A stretch of 64,000 nucleotides of DNA, from assembly GCA_951804945.1 (NCBI GenBank), contig OX638150.1, positions 73,222,001-73,286,000 of the forward strand, in the 5' to 3' direction. The position numbers and the translations under genes were made by a program. Shown in pieces: positions 51,886 through 64,000 of this stretch (positions within the stretch are counted from its first letter, which is position 1; every line of letters starts with the position of its first letter). The notes beneath the pieces were generated by a model that was not told the origin of the DNA, did no database searches, and was given only the letters and a program-made list of their open reading frames with translations. This stretch comes from Podarcis cretensis (taxonomy: Eukaryota).

Positions 51886-54750
51886 TAAGGTTTTCTTAAA
51901 TAGGACTAAAGAATAACAAGGACTGTATTTCTCATGAATATCCTGTTCCCTGCCCTTAGTTCAGGGCAGGAATCTGCACGATGTATAATCACAAGTACGT
52001 TTCACTGCAAACCTTACAAAAACTGGGAACAACTTGCTTACACACACACACTATGGCATGAACATCTTGCACAGTGCTTTATCCATAGCTCTATGGCTAA
52101 TCCAGACAATGAACAGGAAAATAGCTGTGAATCTACTAAGATAAACACCTTTCAAGGAACCTATTTAACACATTACTGCATCAGACCTCCCTGAAATCCA
52201 TCAAGGCAACATTTATTGCAGGCTTTGAACACAGTAGGCACCCTGACTGCTAGCAATGACAAAAAAGCACACACAATTCTAACATAAACAAAATGTATTC
52301 ATTTATTTACTTTAATATCTCACCTATTACACAGACTCCAGACAATTTGTGACCAACAAAACCAAATGTGCCCTACTAACCTTATTGTGATCTGTCAAAT
52401 ACTGTTTTTCCAGTGTCAAGTAGAGGTTTACTGAATATCTGACATAGGTGGGGTTGTTTTTGGCTTGGTGGATTAAACTGTGCAGATATGCTCTGGGCAA
52501 TTCCTCTCTCTGGACAGGACAGCTTGCCCACACACCAATGCTACCTCCTTCTACCCATGCAATCGAGACCACAGTGTACAATACAGCCAGCAAAGTGGTG
52601 CGCCATACTGTAGAAAGGGTCTTGCAAAATAGTAACATAAGACAATCCATTTCCTGATTCCCAACTGATCAGTCAGAGCCTCTGTATGAGCAAAATTATC
52701 CACGGTGCCACCCAAAAGGAATATTTTGGAGATGAATCTTACTGATAAATTTTATTTCATTATAGTTATATTCTGGGTGCCAGCTGAGTTCAGTGCTACT
52801 GAATTCAGGACTCTTTGGGAACTGATCTGTATTGACACCAATTCAAGTTATTAACAATCATGACCAAGAGACAAAAGCCAGGGCAGCATCTGGCTTAATT
52901 CTTAATGGCTCCTCTGGAGTTATATGTACCATAAAGTAAGTGAGCATGTCAAGACATTTAGGAGTGGGGCAAAACCACATTCTCTCTCTCTCTCTAGACA
53001 CTGGCTTAATCATAGGCAAGCAGCCACCTTAGCTCCCACACCAATCTCCATGAACATCATTCTTCCCACATAATTGGTTTCCTGGCATAATTCACCCCAA
53101 GCCATCCTTCCCATGCCTACATCATGCAATTATTCTCCTAGAGAAGCCCACTTCTCACTGTCAGCCTGATTAAAGCTGTGACAAATATGCCCTTCCCACG
53201 TTTGTGGGGCCATTCATCCCAGGTGGAGGGGAAGGGAAATATTCATTGACTACTGGGGGCAGTCACATTTCAAGAATTTCAATACTAGGTAGCCGATGGG
53301 GAACGATGGGTGCCTAAGGCAACCCTGGGAAAACGCTACTCCATGATGTAGTAGCATTTTCGCAGGATTCTTTGTCCAAGCAATGAGACTGGAGCAGCCA
53401 AGATTTTGCAGAAAGTGGCAGCAAGGCTTTTTATTGTTTTTTTAAAAAGCCCAGGGTAAGGTGAAGTGCTAGGGGAAAAAAATATCCTTGATCATGTCAC
53501 ATTTAAAGATAATTCTTCTAAGACCAATCCATTGTTGGAACACTGTTTTTGCCACACCACACTCCAGATTTATTAAATAATACTTCAGCCTAGCACTCTT
53601 GTGTGAGCTGAATAGTCAGGATAGCTCAATGGGCAAAAATAAACTAAGGACGCTGTAACTCTCACATCCCCTGCATATAAAGTGCACTTAATTCTTATCA
53701 GCGATAAAGAAATGCATATTTCATCTTCAAATGTGAGTTACAGAGGGGGTTTTTTTTGTTTAATGGTTTTATTTTGCTATCTTTTTTTTAGTATCCAAAG
53801 TATATTTTTCTTCCAGAGTTACTGTTAAGCTGGGAAAATATTAGTTAATATATTATCAATTGACAGCAAATTTGGGAACAATAAGTACTTAGGCTTTCTG
53901 GGAAAATAATGTTGTCTACAGCAAGCGGTATAATAGGAAAAAAGCATCTAACTATTGATTTGTGGGCCAAATGTGTATGCATTACAGTTGTGCAAAGGCT
54001 TTAGTTGTTGTATTTCTAGTGTCTGCAGGTGTTTGTATTTTCTTATGGATTTTTCAAGACAGAGGAATCGTGCGCTCTGTTCTGCAATTATAGAGGGAGA
54101 AGATCGGGACTTCTGTTACAGTTTCTCACCAACTACTGTTGGTGAAACAGGAGTACTAGTGGAGCCTGCAACAAAAAATGTTGCAGTGTATCATCACAAC
54201 CTAAGAGTGGGCTGCTGTTCAGGGTTTCAGCCAGACATTACTTCTAGGCAGGTCATTCCACTCTCCAACCTGCCTCTTTTCTTTTCCATCTGATGCTCAC
54301 ATTCTACAGCCACTGGATTGTTGTTGTTTCTTGGGGTGGTAGTACTGGGAACTGCTTTGGATTTCTAGTTTTTGTGTGTATGCTTCTGCAGTGACCAAAG
54401 CATTTGGCCTTCACTGTTACATGGTTGTAGACCAGGATTTTAATGCATGCAGGGAACCTCCTCAAGTATACAAGGCTCAATGCTTCAGAAGATTGTCCAC
54501 CAACTTATGGAGGAGACGAAGAAGGCAATGGAGATGAAGCTTAGTATACTCATCCCTGCTCATGTGTTCAGAATCCACACCTTTTGCTGAAACTTGCAAT
54601 CTATTCATTCTGAAATATACATAGCTAATTTGGTTCGCCTTGGGAAATGATCTATAATGAGTTGAAAAATAATGTTTAAGATAACTTTCCCAAAAAGACT
54701 GGAGTCCTTTTTGTTGGGAATAATTCAGACTGATGTCCCTCAGTGACAGC

Positions 54751-55170
54751 AAAATTTATTTATGTATGCAACAATGGTGGCCCGAGTTTTGTTAGCCCCC
54801 AAATGGAAAGTGAGGGAGGTCCCAGGCAAAGAGGACTGGCAACTTAAGATGTTAGACTATGCAGAGCTTCCAGGTTTAACATAATGAGAGCAAGAAGAAC
54901 ATATATTCAAAGAAGAGTGGAAAATGTTTATTGGGCATATGGAAAATAATTGTACACAGCTCAAGACGCTGGCAGCATTAATATAAATTCAACAGTGTAA
55001 TTAATGTTTGAGGGATGTAAAAGTGGAGAACTGACTAAATGGTTATGATAAATATGCAGGAATGAAAGATAAAATGAACCATGGAAAGAGGAGGAGGTAA
55101 GCCATTGGATACCTAACAGTATGTAAAATGTTTATTTTAAGATGTAAAATTTAATAAAAACTATTATAAA
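54751..55170 (+). mobile_element. L1-type LINE 3' end (ORF2 C-terminus, UTR, AATAAA)
   Basis: Reads LFMYATMVARVLLAPKWKVREVPGKEDWQLKMLDYAEL, then EEHIFKEEWKMFI, resembling squamate L1 ORF2 ends; AATAAA near 55153. Confidence 0.7.
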
Positions 55171-55865
55171 CAACAATAATTTGGTTTGCCTTGGTTAGCA
55201 GCCTCTTGTTCTCAATCTTACAGGTACTCATGACAAGAACTAAAGCTACATGATTTCAGAAATTATTTAAGCATTCTTTTGATTAACTAGAGTAAACTAA
55301 AAATAAACAGATGCGCTTTCCCAGTCATTCCCTTGAGATATAGCTGAGAAGACACTTAACATTTCCCATGGTGTGAAACAAATTAATTTGCAATGAAATT
55401 GTACCTGCTGCTTTAAAAGAAGTTATACTTCAGAACTTTATATTTGCAGGGGGCTGGGCTGAACATCTGGCTCACAAGCTGCTTACATTTTGTCTGGCCA
55501 CATTTTGTGACCAGTTGGTCTTTGAAGTGGGTAGGCACCTTTCTAGTGCGACAGAAAACCCCCTCAAATATGGCACATTCAAAAATAGTGGTGCATAAAC
55601 CATGGGATTTCCTCAGCAGACTCAACGAAGCAATGAATTGAGTTGTTATGTTGGGAAACAACCAGCCTGGGGACTTGAAATGGAGGTCACAGGTATTTGA
55701 ACAGGAGCCTTCCACCAGCTTGAGCTTCCATATTCAAATGTTTGCAAGCATGATCAAGGAGGAGAGGGAGCTCTGATTGTCTCATTCCTGCAAGTGCTAC
55801 CACCTGGCTCCTCTTTCCCATAGCAGAGGATGTTCCTCCTTCATCTTGTCCCCAAGGATCTAGCA

Positions 55866-56000
55866 CAGGCTTCCTCAACCTTGGCCCTCCAGATGTTTTG
55901 AGACTTCAATTCCCATCATTCCTGACCACTGGTCCGCTTGCTAGGGATCATGGGAGCTGTAGGCCAAAAATATCTGGAGGGCAGAGTTTGAGGAAGCCTG
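55866..56000 (+). mobile_element. hAT MITE of the 136-bp family (135 bp), TIR type B
   Basis: CAGGCTTCCTCAACCT ... AGTTTGAGGAAGCCTG; TSD ATCTAGCA/ACCTAGCA. Confidence 0.92.
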
Positions 56001-56296
56001 ACCTAGCAGTTCACCTGAGGCAGTTCATGGAAAGGCAGTGGTAGGTGTTCCTCAGACTCCAGTGCAGCACATTTCCCCACAGAGGTGGGACTGCAACTTC
56101 CAGTTGCAGAATCCTCAGCAGAAAGGTGATGCTACTGAGAAGTAATCACTACTGAGAAGGCACATGCACACTGTCTCCCCAGAAACTACCTCTTTTATCC
56201 TATTCTCATCTTCATATCCAGGGTAACTGAACATAAGAATGGACCAGGACAGGATGGAGCAGTAACACAACAGAGCCATGTTCTCTCAGCTTAGCA

Positions 56297-56554
56297 CAAG
56301 GTTGGCTAAACTTTTCCAGGCCAAGGGTAACGTGATTAACCCTCCAGGAGCTCCTTATTAAGTATGAAGTGGTCAATTCAAAAATTGTTTAAGGAAAACC
56401 TTCAGGAGGTTGTTGTTGTTGTTTTTTTTTTGTAACACACACACACACACACACACGTACGTTTAAAAATGACAATTTGGAAGAGAGTGAGGAACCACAA
56501 AAAAACCTTTCGGGGGATGAATGAAACTCACGGGCCATGAGTTAGCTGCTCATG
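56297..56554. mobile_element. Degenerate hAT MITE containing (GTT)n and (CA)n microsatellites
   Basis: CAAGGTTGGCTAAACT / AGTTAGCTGCTCATG ends; TSD GCTTAGCA/GCTTGGCA. Confidence 0.6.
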
Positions 56555-56600
56555 GCTTGGCATATTTTCAGCATATTCACATTCTACTGAATGTCACTGC

Positions 56601-56742
56601 ATCACAGACTTGTAAAGTTTTAAGGGGCTACTAGGGTCATCTAGTTCAATTCCCTGCAATGCAGGAATCTTTCACCAAAAGTGGGCCACAAACTCATGGC
56701 ACTGAGATCTGGAGTCTCATGTTTTAGCAACTGGGCTATCCC
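56601..56742 (-). mobile_element. tRNA(Lys-like)-derived SINE with CR1 3' tail, decayed
   Basis: Minus strand GGGATAGCCCAGTTGCTAAAACATGAGACTC..ATCTCAG..ATGAGTTTG.GGCCCAC.TTTGG, then AGATTCCTGCATTGCAGG..TTG.ACTAGATGACCCT, which matches the CR1 tail at 25841-25878. Confidence 0.65.
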
Positions 56743-57004
56743 TTGGTAATAATCTGTAGCAGTTAAGGACAGGAACTAGGGGCAGATAAATCTATCAACT
56801 TTAATTTTTCTCAGTTATGCATTTTTTCAAACTTAAATTCAGTTTCCCACATTTCTACATCAGCTTGCAATTTACTTTGCATCTTCAAGCACATTCCTTT
56901 TTAAAACATATTTTTGTATGTAATATTTGCAAGCAATTTCCCAAATATAATTCATTTTTTCTACTTTAATTTCACTAATATATGTATTTTTGCAGATACT
57001 TTCC

Positions 57005-57050
<46 letters not shown>

Positions 57051-57162
57051 TTTTATTATTTGTACCCCACCCATCTGGCTGGGTTTCCCCAGCCACTCTG
57101 GACGACTTCCACAGAGACCAAAAATACACTAAAATGTCACACATTAAAAACTTCCCTGAACA
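57005..57162 (-). mobile_element. L2 3' end with (AAT)15 tail
   Basis: (AAT)n, then TACCCCACCCATCTGGCTGGGTTTCCCCAGCCACTCTGG..ACATTAAAAACTTCCC, the reverse of the 33090-33430 tail. Confidence 0.85.
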
Positions 57163-58273
57163 TTTCACACACATGTTTTTGGGTTGAGGAACTTTATCAC
57201 ACAATTCAGAGAAGTGCATATTTCAAAGGATAGCTGTGTTCTGCTTTGTGTATTGGTTAGAAAGTGCAAATTAGGTTGGCTCACATTAAAACGCCAACTG
57301 AAAGACTTTCTCCCACAACCTGAATTTTCTCCCCATCGCTTATCCTTCCCTAGCTTTCAACCTCTCAGTGATTTAGCATGCAGTTGCTGTATTCTTTGTT
57401 ATCTGTCATATTGTCCTGCCATGTACATCTCTTACATTCATGGAAGATGTGTAAATATGCATTATTGCTTTCCTTTCATGAACAGAACAAAGATCATGAA
57501 ATGGAATATATAAATATGGGGGATTTATTGCATGTAAATACATAGGCTTGGATTCTAAGGTATCCTCTATTCACATGGAGCAGGCCTGATTTCTGACACC
57601 TCTTCCTTCCATCTGCAGCTCACCCTACCATTGCGCCACTCCTGGTCAACCTCACTAAGATTCCAAGACCATGTGTACGCCTGGGTTAAAGTTACAATAG
57701 CAGGTGAAGGAAAAAATGTGTGAGGATTATGGGCAGCTATGTAACAAGCACATATTCAACAGGCATGCAATTTCTGGTCAGAGATGCAAGACATACAGAT
57801 TCCAACCCCTTCGCCATTACATTTTTACTTCTCATTAAGCTGTTAAAGTGGGGTGGGGAAATAAGTCTTAAGTATGGATAATAGGGAAGAGCAGCCGGCT
57901 GGTTCTTTACTGTTTAAGTGCTTGAGATCCAATCTCTTCTGTTATGGAATAATAAGGAAGGGGCTGAACAGAAGACTGCAGGAAGGAAGTGATTTGAATA
58001 GAGTTTTGTTTATTTATTCATTCAGTTTTAATCCTGCCCTTCTTTCATTGCATTGATCTTAGCGCCGGCTACATCTTAACATGTTATTAAAGTGAAAGAA
58101 TAGAATAGCTCTCATAATTAAGACATCAAACTCAATATCCACAATAGCTTTGAAAGGGGTTGTTTGGGACTGGATAGTGGTTATTACAAATCTCTGGGTC
58201 CAGGGAGGGCTTCCTGAGTGGCTGGGATATCAAGGTTGAGCATGCCCAGGTCATTTACTGAGGAATTAAGATA

Positions 58274-58410
58274 AAGGTAAAGGGACCTAGGTTGGCAGGA
58301 GCAGGGACCGAGCAACGGGAGCTCATCACATCGCGGGGATTCGAACCGTCAACCTTCTGATCAGCAAGTCCTAGGCTCTGCGGTTTAACCCACAGCGCCA
58401 CCCGTGTCCC
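58274..58410 (-). mobile_element. Internally deleted (~137 bp) Sauria SINE
   Basis: Head and B box intact, joined directly to the GTCCCTTTACCTTT tail; 13-bp TSD AGGAATTAAGATA (58261-73, 58415-27). Confidence 0.9.
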
Positions 58411-59258
58411 ACACAGGAATTAAGATAGTCCATGGTTAAATTCAGAGCAGCTATAAAGCCAGCCCTCACCTCCACTGATCCTTTCCAGTGCTCAGTTACA
58501 CTGCACATTTCATCTACCGTACTCTTCTGCCATACCATTCATTTGCAATATCATAGTCTAGCCTTAACAGCATAATTCTTTAGCAAAGCCTTCCAATGTG
58601 GCTGCAATGGGTGGTGAGCTTTTAATAATCCAATTCCAACAGGACTAGAATGGGATGGCCCAGTTCAGCTTTGCCAGCAATCTGAGCTGCTATGCTTCCT
58701 AGCTGCTACTCTTTCCTCTCCCCTTCACTTGGGAGGCAGCAGTTGGTAAACAAGAACAGGGGAACTGCAGGTGGTGCTTGAAGACAGCCATTCTAATGCC
58801 AAATGAATTCATCATGAATAATCTTATCATGATCAATAGGGCCAAAGGATTACTTTTAAGCTCTAACAATGATTAAACCATTACTTTTTAAAGTGTGGCA
58901 GATCAATCGGTTCATTTCAAGGTGCACCGCGTGCACAGACTGCAAGATGTACTGGAGCCAGGCAGCCAAACTCATGGCAGAGAAGAAAAGCAGCCCTCCT
59001 GCTTCCTTAACTGGAGGTTGACTGCAAGAACAAGGGAAGAAAAACGCTGCTCCAGGGCAGCTGTCCTAAAGAAAGGTGTGGTGCAGGGAACTGACTGCAT
59101 AAGGACAGAACAAAAGAGACTGCAGAATTAAATAGAAACACCTTCGGTAATTTTTGCCAAAGGCAAAAGTGTTATTTGTTAAAGGGTCTTTGAAGCAAAG
59201 ACAGATCACTAATGGGTGAGAAAGGCTGAATTTTATTGAGCAAACTAACTTTAAACAA

Positions 59259-59604
59259 GGGACACGGGTGGCGCTGTGGTCTAAATCACAGAGCCTAGGG
59301 CTTTCCGATCAGAAGGTCCGCGGTTTGAATCCCCGCAATGGGGTGAGCTCCCGTTGCTGGGTCCCTGCTCCTGCCAACCTAGCAGTTCAAAAGCAGGTCA
59401 AAGTGCAAGTAGATAACTAGGTACCACTCCTGAAGGAAGGTAAATAGTGTTTCCGCGCGCTGCTCTGGTATCGCCAGAAGCGGCTTAGTCATGCTGGCCA
59501 CATGACCCGGAAGTTGTACGCCGGCTCCCTCGGCCAGTAAAGCGAGATGAGCACCACAACCCCAGAGTTGTCCACGACAGGACCAGGGGTCCCTTTTCCT
59601 TTAC
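59259..59604 (+). mobile_element. Full-length Sauria SINE
   Basis: Homologous to 37049; 13-bp TSD CTAACTTTAAACA (59245-57, 59605-17). Confidence 0.95.
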
Positions 59605-62600
59605 CTAACTTTAAACACATACACACACACCTCACCCAGGTTCAAATAACAGTTCCTGCTTTGCACAAGGATGCACAAATGATCCACAAACCTTCATGCA
59701 GAATAACTAAACAACCAACAACCCCTCCCTCTTCATAAAGGTACAAAAACAGACAGTGAGTCCACAAAGCATACAATACCAGACGGCCACCTGAATCTCT
59801 CCTTCCAGCTGCAGGGAGCCCCATAGGTACCAGGAAAGTGGATCTCAGTCTGGCCAGTTTTTGCAGCACCTACAGCTACATAGGTGTATCAAAGCTCCCC
59901 CGGCCTTCCTGGCTGAAGCCCTATGGTTTTTAGCTGCTCCAGGGATGAGGCTAAATGGCCCAGCTATTTCCACCTGCCTTGATTGTTACTACCTGCACCT
60001 GGCCTGTGGCTCCCATGAGTCATTTCCAAAAACAGTAGTGCTCCTGCAAGCTCTTCAGTCAGTATTAAATGAAGGGTTAATTGCACAAGCCCACCTACAC
60101 CTTCTCGATTACAATTCTTCCACATTTCCACTACAGGTAATATGGAGAGTTCAATTCTAAAGGAATACAGAAATACCAATTTTGGGGAGTGTACGGGAAT
60201 CTAGTTAATCACTTGACTGTCCTAGTTGGGAGCACCCAAAGCGTATTGCAAGAGGTACATGAATCTACTTCACCTATTCCTCCTAGGTTCTTATCTAGTA
60301 CCAACGATATGATATGCACTGCATGGATCAGCCAAGACCCATACTTTACTGTCATACTTTCAGGAGGAGAGGAAAATCACCTGCAGCCTCTTTGGAGGAG
60401 TGGAAGAATTTACCCTAAACACATGCCTTTTCCTTTCCTGTTGCAATAACATCTCATTCCCAAGGCAGGGGAATCCAGATTTTCTCCTCTTGGGGAAGTT
60501 AACATTATCCTACTTTTGGGCACATCATAAAAATACATCCCTAATAACCATATGGCTCTGAATATAAACAGAGCCAGCATGTGCCAGGAGGAAGCAAACA
60601 CACTGACAAAATATTTGTATGCAGATGCCAACACATTTGCGGGCACATGATATTCATGATAAATACCACCATTTCCTAAGCTTGGTGTGAGAAAAAAAAA
60701 ACACCACCCCCAAACACATTGAATCCACCAAACAATTTACAGGCTGCACAGGCCAATGGAAGAAAAATCCTCTTCTCATCAAGAAGATTGCTTTGGTTAT
60801 TGGAAATGTAGGCAGGCCAGCTGATATCTGAAGCCAGTGCTCTTCTGCCACTTTACATTTGCCCTTTTGCCATTGTTTTAATTCTGTTTTACTATTTTAT
60901 CATGCTCTTAGTTCTCTCCTTTGAAATATATGTATTCAAGGACATGGTCTAAATACATGAAATAAATAAATGCAATCTTTGGCAATAAATGCTGCATTAA
61001 GCGGTGAACTGGTTCAAATTTGCATATATATAGTCAATGTGGTATGCCACTTTGAGTTTGAATTCAGAGGGATAAGTGCTTTATATACTCCATCCTTAGG
61101 TTTACTATCTTTAAAACAAATATTTGTTTCCTCAGGAAAAATAAAAAAGTAATCAGCACATATTTCCCCCAAATAACACGCGAATGCAAGTTGAAACCTT
61201 CTCATTAACCTTCATTTAATGGGCTTAAGCGCAATTTACATGTTATGCTTTCCCCACTTTAACTGTCACAATATCCCCTTTTAACATGGGAGAAGGTACT
61301 GTTTGACTGCCCACGCTGCAGAGGAGCGCATGCTACCTTGTGACCTGATTGGTGACAACCTGGCAGTGAGCAATGCCCCCTTTCTGTATGACCACACTAT
61401 AATTTCCTTCACTGTCACTGCTCTCTAATGAAATTATCATGTCAGTATCCATCTCACCTTCTTTTAAACCACCACCACCTCAAGCTTCTGTTTCCTGGTA
61501 CAGTTGGTGAAGGCTAGAGTAAGGAAACTTGCTGATTTAACCATGCCTTTTTCTATGGAAGGGCATGTATATGCCCACAGTATTAGTGTATGGAGTAATA
61601 CTTTAACTAAAAAATAAGCTCATGCAAGTTTCCCAAACTTGGGTCTCTGCCCCAACTGATCTATCCCACATGGTCAGGTTTCAGTTTCACTGAAGCCAGC
61701 TGCTCTTGGCTATGGTGGTAAAAAACCGCAGCCATATAAAAAATGCCCACAGACATGGAAAAGAAAGAGGATTTCAGTAAAAGAGCTGCATTTCACTTCT
61801 CAATAATGACAAAAGAGCCACATTTTTATTGGGATAAGTTAAAACACTGAAAAAACCATTTCTAAAAGTTTTCTGTTCTATGGAGGAGAAAATAGTGGGT
61901 GGAGGGCTAAAGCTATGTTCCCAGGTCACACAGAAAAATACAGGAAGCTTGAAATGCAATTGTAAATCCACGTTCTAGCATGGCTATCAGATCAGTCAGT
62001 TTATAAACCTGCATATCTATATATCTGTATATATTCTAAAACTGCATACCTGCCCTTCACATCTGCAGACCCACAGAATGAGAGAAGGTCAAAAACACAT
62101 ATGGAATTGGCCTTGGAGAACATGTCACACTAGCACTTAGAGGAAAGGAAGGTGGAGATTGAAATGGGCCACCACTGCTCTTTCCATTCTTACAACAGCT
62201 CTTGAGAAGTCAGCTGTTCCCTTGTAAGTCTGACTCACACATTGCTCCTTCTGCATCTTGGATGGTTTGTGTGTGGTGCTTTAATTATCTCCATGGCAAC
62301 ATACAGGCAAATTGTCATGTCCAGACTTCATGTAGCAAATATCTTGATTGCAATGATCAAAGAAAAACCAAGGGGCTATTAGAGGTTTTAAAGAAGGCAA
62401 AGCAAAAGAATTAAATATCTGCCAAGTCAGAAAGGACTAAATAGTATGCTAATGTGCAACACATTCCATGACCTCCCTCCAGAATTCTACCTGCCCCCTC
62501 ACCAAGAGCATCCCTGAAGGCTAAGTAGGAGAGATTTGGAGACTGAGAACAATGAATTTACATAAGCTAGCAGATCAGAAAAGGCCAATCACAGACCAGA

Positions 62601-63854
62601 GGGTGGCCCGTTCTTCAAAGTCAGCAGCCAGCTTAGACAGGCTTGATTGGGGGTGGGGGCACATGCAGCTGGTTACTATATTTTATTTGTCTGCTTTAAT
62701 ATTCTTCTCACACCTTCTCGATTTCATTCATCACTTGGGCAAATCCAGTTTGAGCTTTCTATTCAGAGTTCCAAGTCCAGGATTAAAGAATCTCAGCGCT
62801 GATTCAGAACTCAGGCTATGACAAATGGAAGAAGCTAAGTTTCTAGAACTTAGACAAACAACAGAGAAGTGAAGGAGAAGTGAATAAAAGGAGAAATGTC
62901 TGTGTGCACCTACATGGCAAGATGGTGGGCCTTCACTGCACAGGGCCTGCTGCAAACCAGAGTTGGACATGAACAATAACATATTACAAAAGTTATCTCC
63001 CCTTGGGCCATATGTTGCATTTATTTATCAGGTGGAGTTATGGTATTCCTGCTATCTTTAGTTCACACATTAACTCATTCAATGTTCCTTAATCCATCGA
63101 AGCATGCAAGTAGTGGCTGGGGAGGTGGGACAGAGGGCAGAATGAGGCTGCCGCCACCACCACCAACTGGCAATCAAGAGGGAGGGGGATCTCATGGTCT
63201 TAGGAATGTGTTGTATAGTGGCAGCTGAGAGGCTAAAGCAGCACTGTGCAGGCATACTCATACCCAATGGCCAGAAGTGCCCAGCATGGGATGATGATAT
63301 CATCACCCATTCCTGACTCCACTGCTGCCAAGTGATGCCAACAGTGTCAAGCCCCCTATTGCAAAATGCTACCCAGTAGCAAAGGCTTTGCACCTGTCTC
63401 CACACCACCTAACCAGATGACACACATAGCCGATTACCTGGTTAGTCTAGTTCATACATCTGGAACAGTATCTTAACTGCCTATCAAAACGCATGCCAAA
63501 TCAAGCCAGTTACAGTTCTCTGCATGCCCCTGCTTCAATTTGCAATACAAACTACCCTTCTCTTGAAGAGGAACTGCCCCTACAGTCTGATGCCCATATG
63601 CGATTACATGACACTGATTTCTTTGCTTCACTGAGGAGTTCAAGCATTGACTGGTAAACATTTCAGCTGGCCTATGAGAAAGTGAGAGGCACATTTCAGT
63701 TTGGTCACCCTTGTGGGAAAACTTGGTAAGGAAAGTAATAAATGTCTTAATGGGATGCTGTTCTGCAACACTGAAAGCCAAGTTGCCTGTTTGTTCTGCC
63801 TCTGCCTCCTCCCTTCTTTTCTTTTAGCAGTGGCTGAAAAGGATAAAGCTGCAA

Positions 63855-63960
63855 TCATATGTTCACTTAAGTAGGAACAAGTTGAAACACTTGCATGGAA
63901 AAAGTCCTATTGAACTCAATGGGGCTTACTTCTGAATATCTTTGTATAGCGTTGGGCTGT
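63855..63960. mobile_element. Short palindromic squamate repeat (AGTCCCATTGAACTCAATGGGGCTTACT type)
   Basis: AGTCCTATTGAACTCAATGGGGCTTACTTCTGA; degenerate relatives near 26005-26080, 32140-32225 and 33745-33830. Confidence 0.55.
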
Positions 63961-64000
63961 ACAAGGATTTTCTAGACAAAAGTGAGAGTTACAAGAAAGC

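Noticed and set aside
54100-54150. Hairpin followed by GAAAC as a second hammerhead
   Set aside because: No CUGANGA precedes the stem.
56872-57233. Poly-N/I/L ORFs
   Set aside because: They derive from the (AAT)n tail of an L2 fragment.

Overview
This is vertebrate non-coding DNA, almost certainly from a lacertid lizard (Podarcis/Lacerta/Zootoca type). The assignment is inferred from Squam3-type and Sauria/Squam1 SINEs, young L2/CR1 tails and squamate hAT/Tigger MITEs. No intact protein-coding gene, rRNA, true tRNA gene or CRISPR is visible. Nearly all supplied ORFs are spurious; the only protein-like ones are decayed CR1 reverse transcriptase (24.8-25.7 kb), and small L2 and L1 ORF2 remnants can also be translated by hand. 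The window reads as a large intron or upstream region, possibly of a neuronal gene: it has two REST/RE1-like sites, two candidate ATG-containing exons and one candidate 17-nt microexon on +. It is studded with SINEs, LINE 3' fragments, hAT and Tc1/mariner MITEs, foldback elements and solo LTRs. The most unusual structure is a ~510-bp foldback (46321-46830; arms ~165 bp, ~90% identical) whose spacer ends in a near-complete hammerhead-ribozyme motif abutting the inversion junction, suggesting a Penelope/retrozyme-related relic. Family names are from recognition, not database searches.
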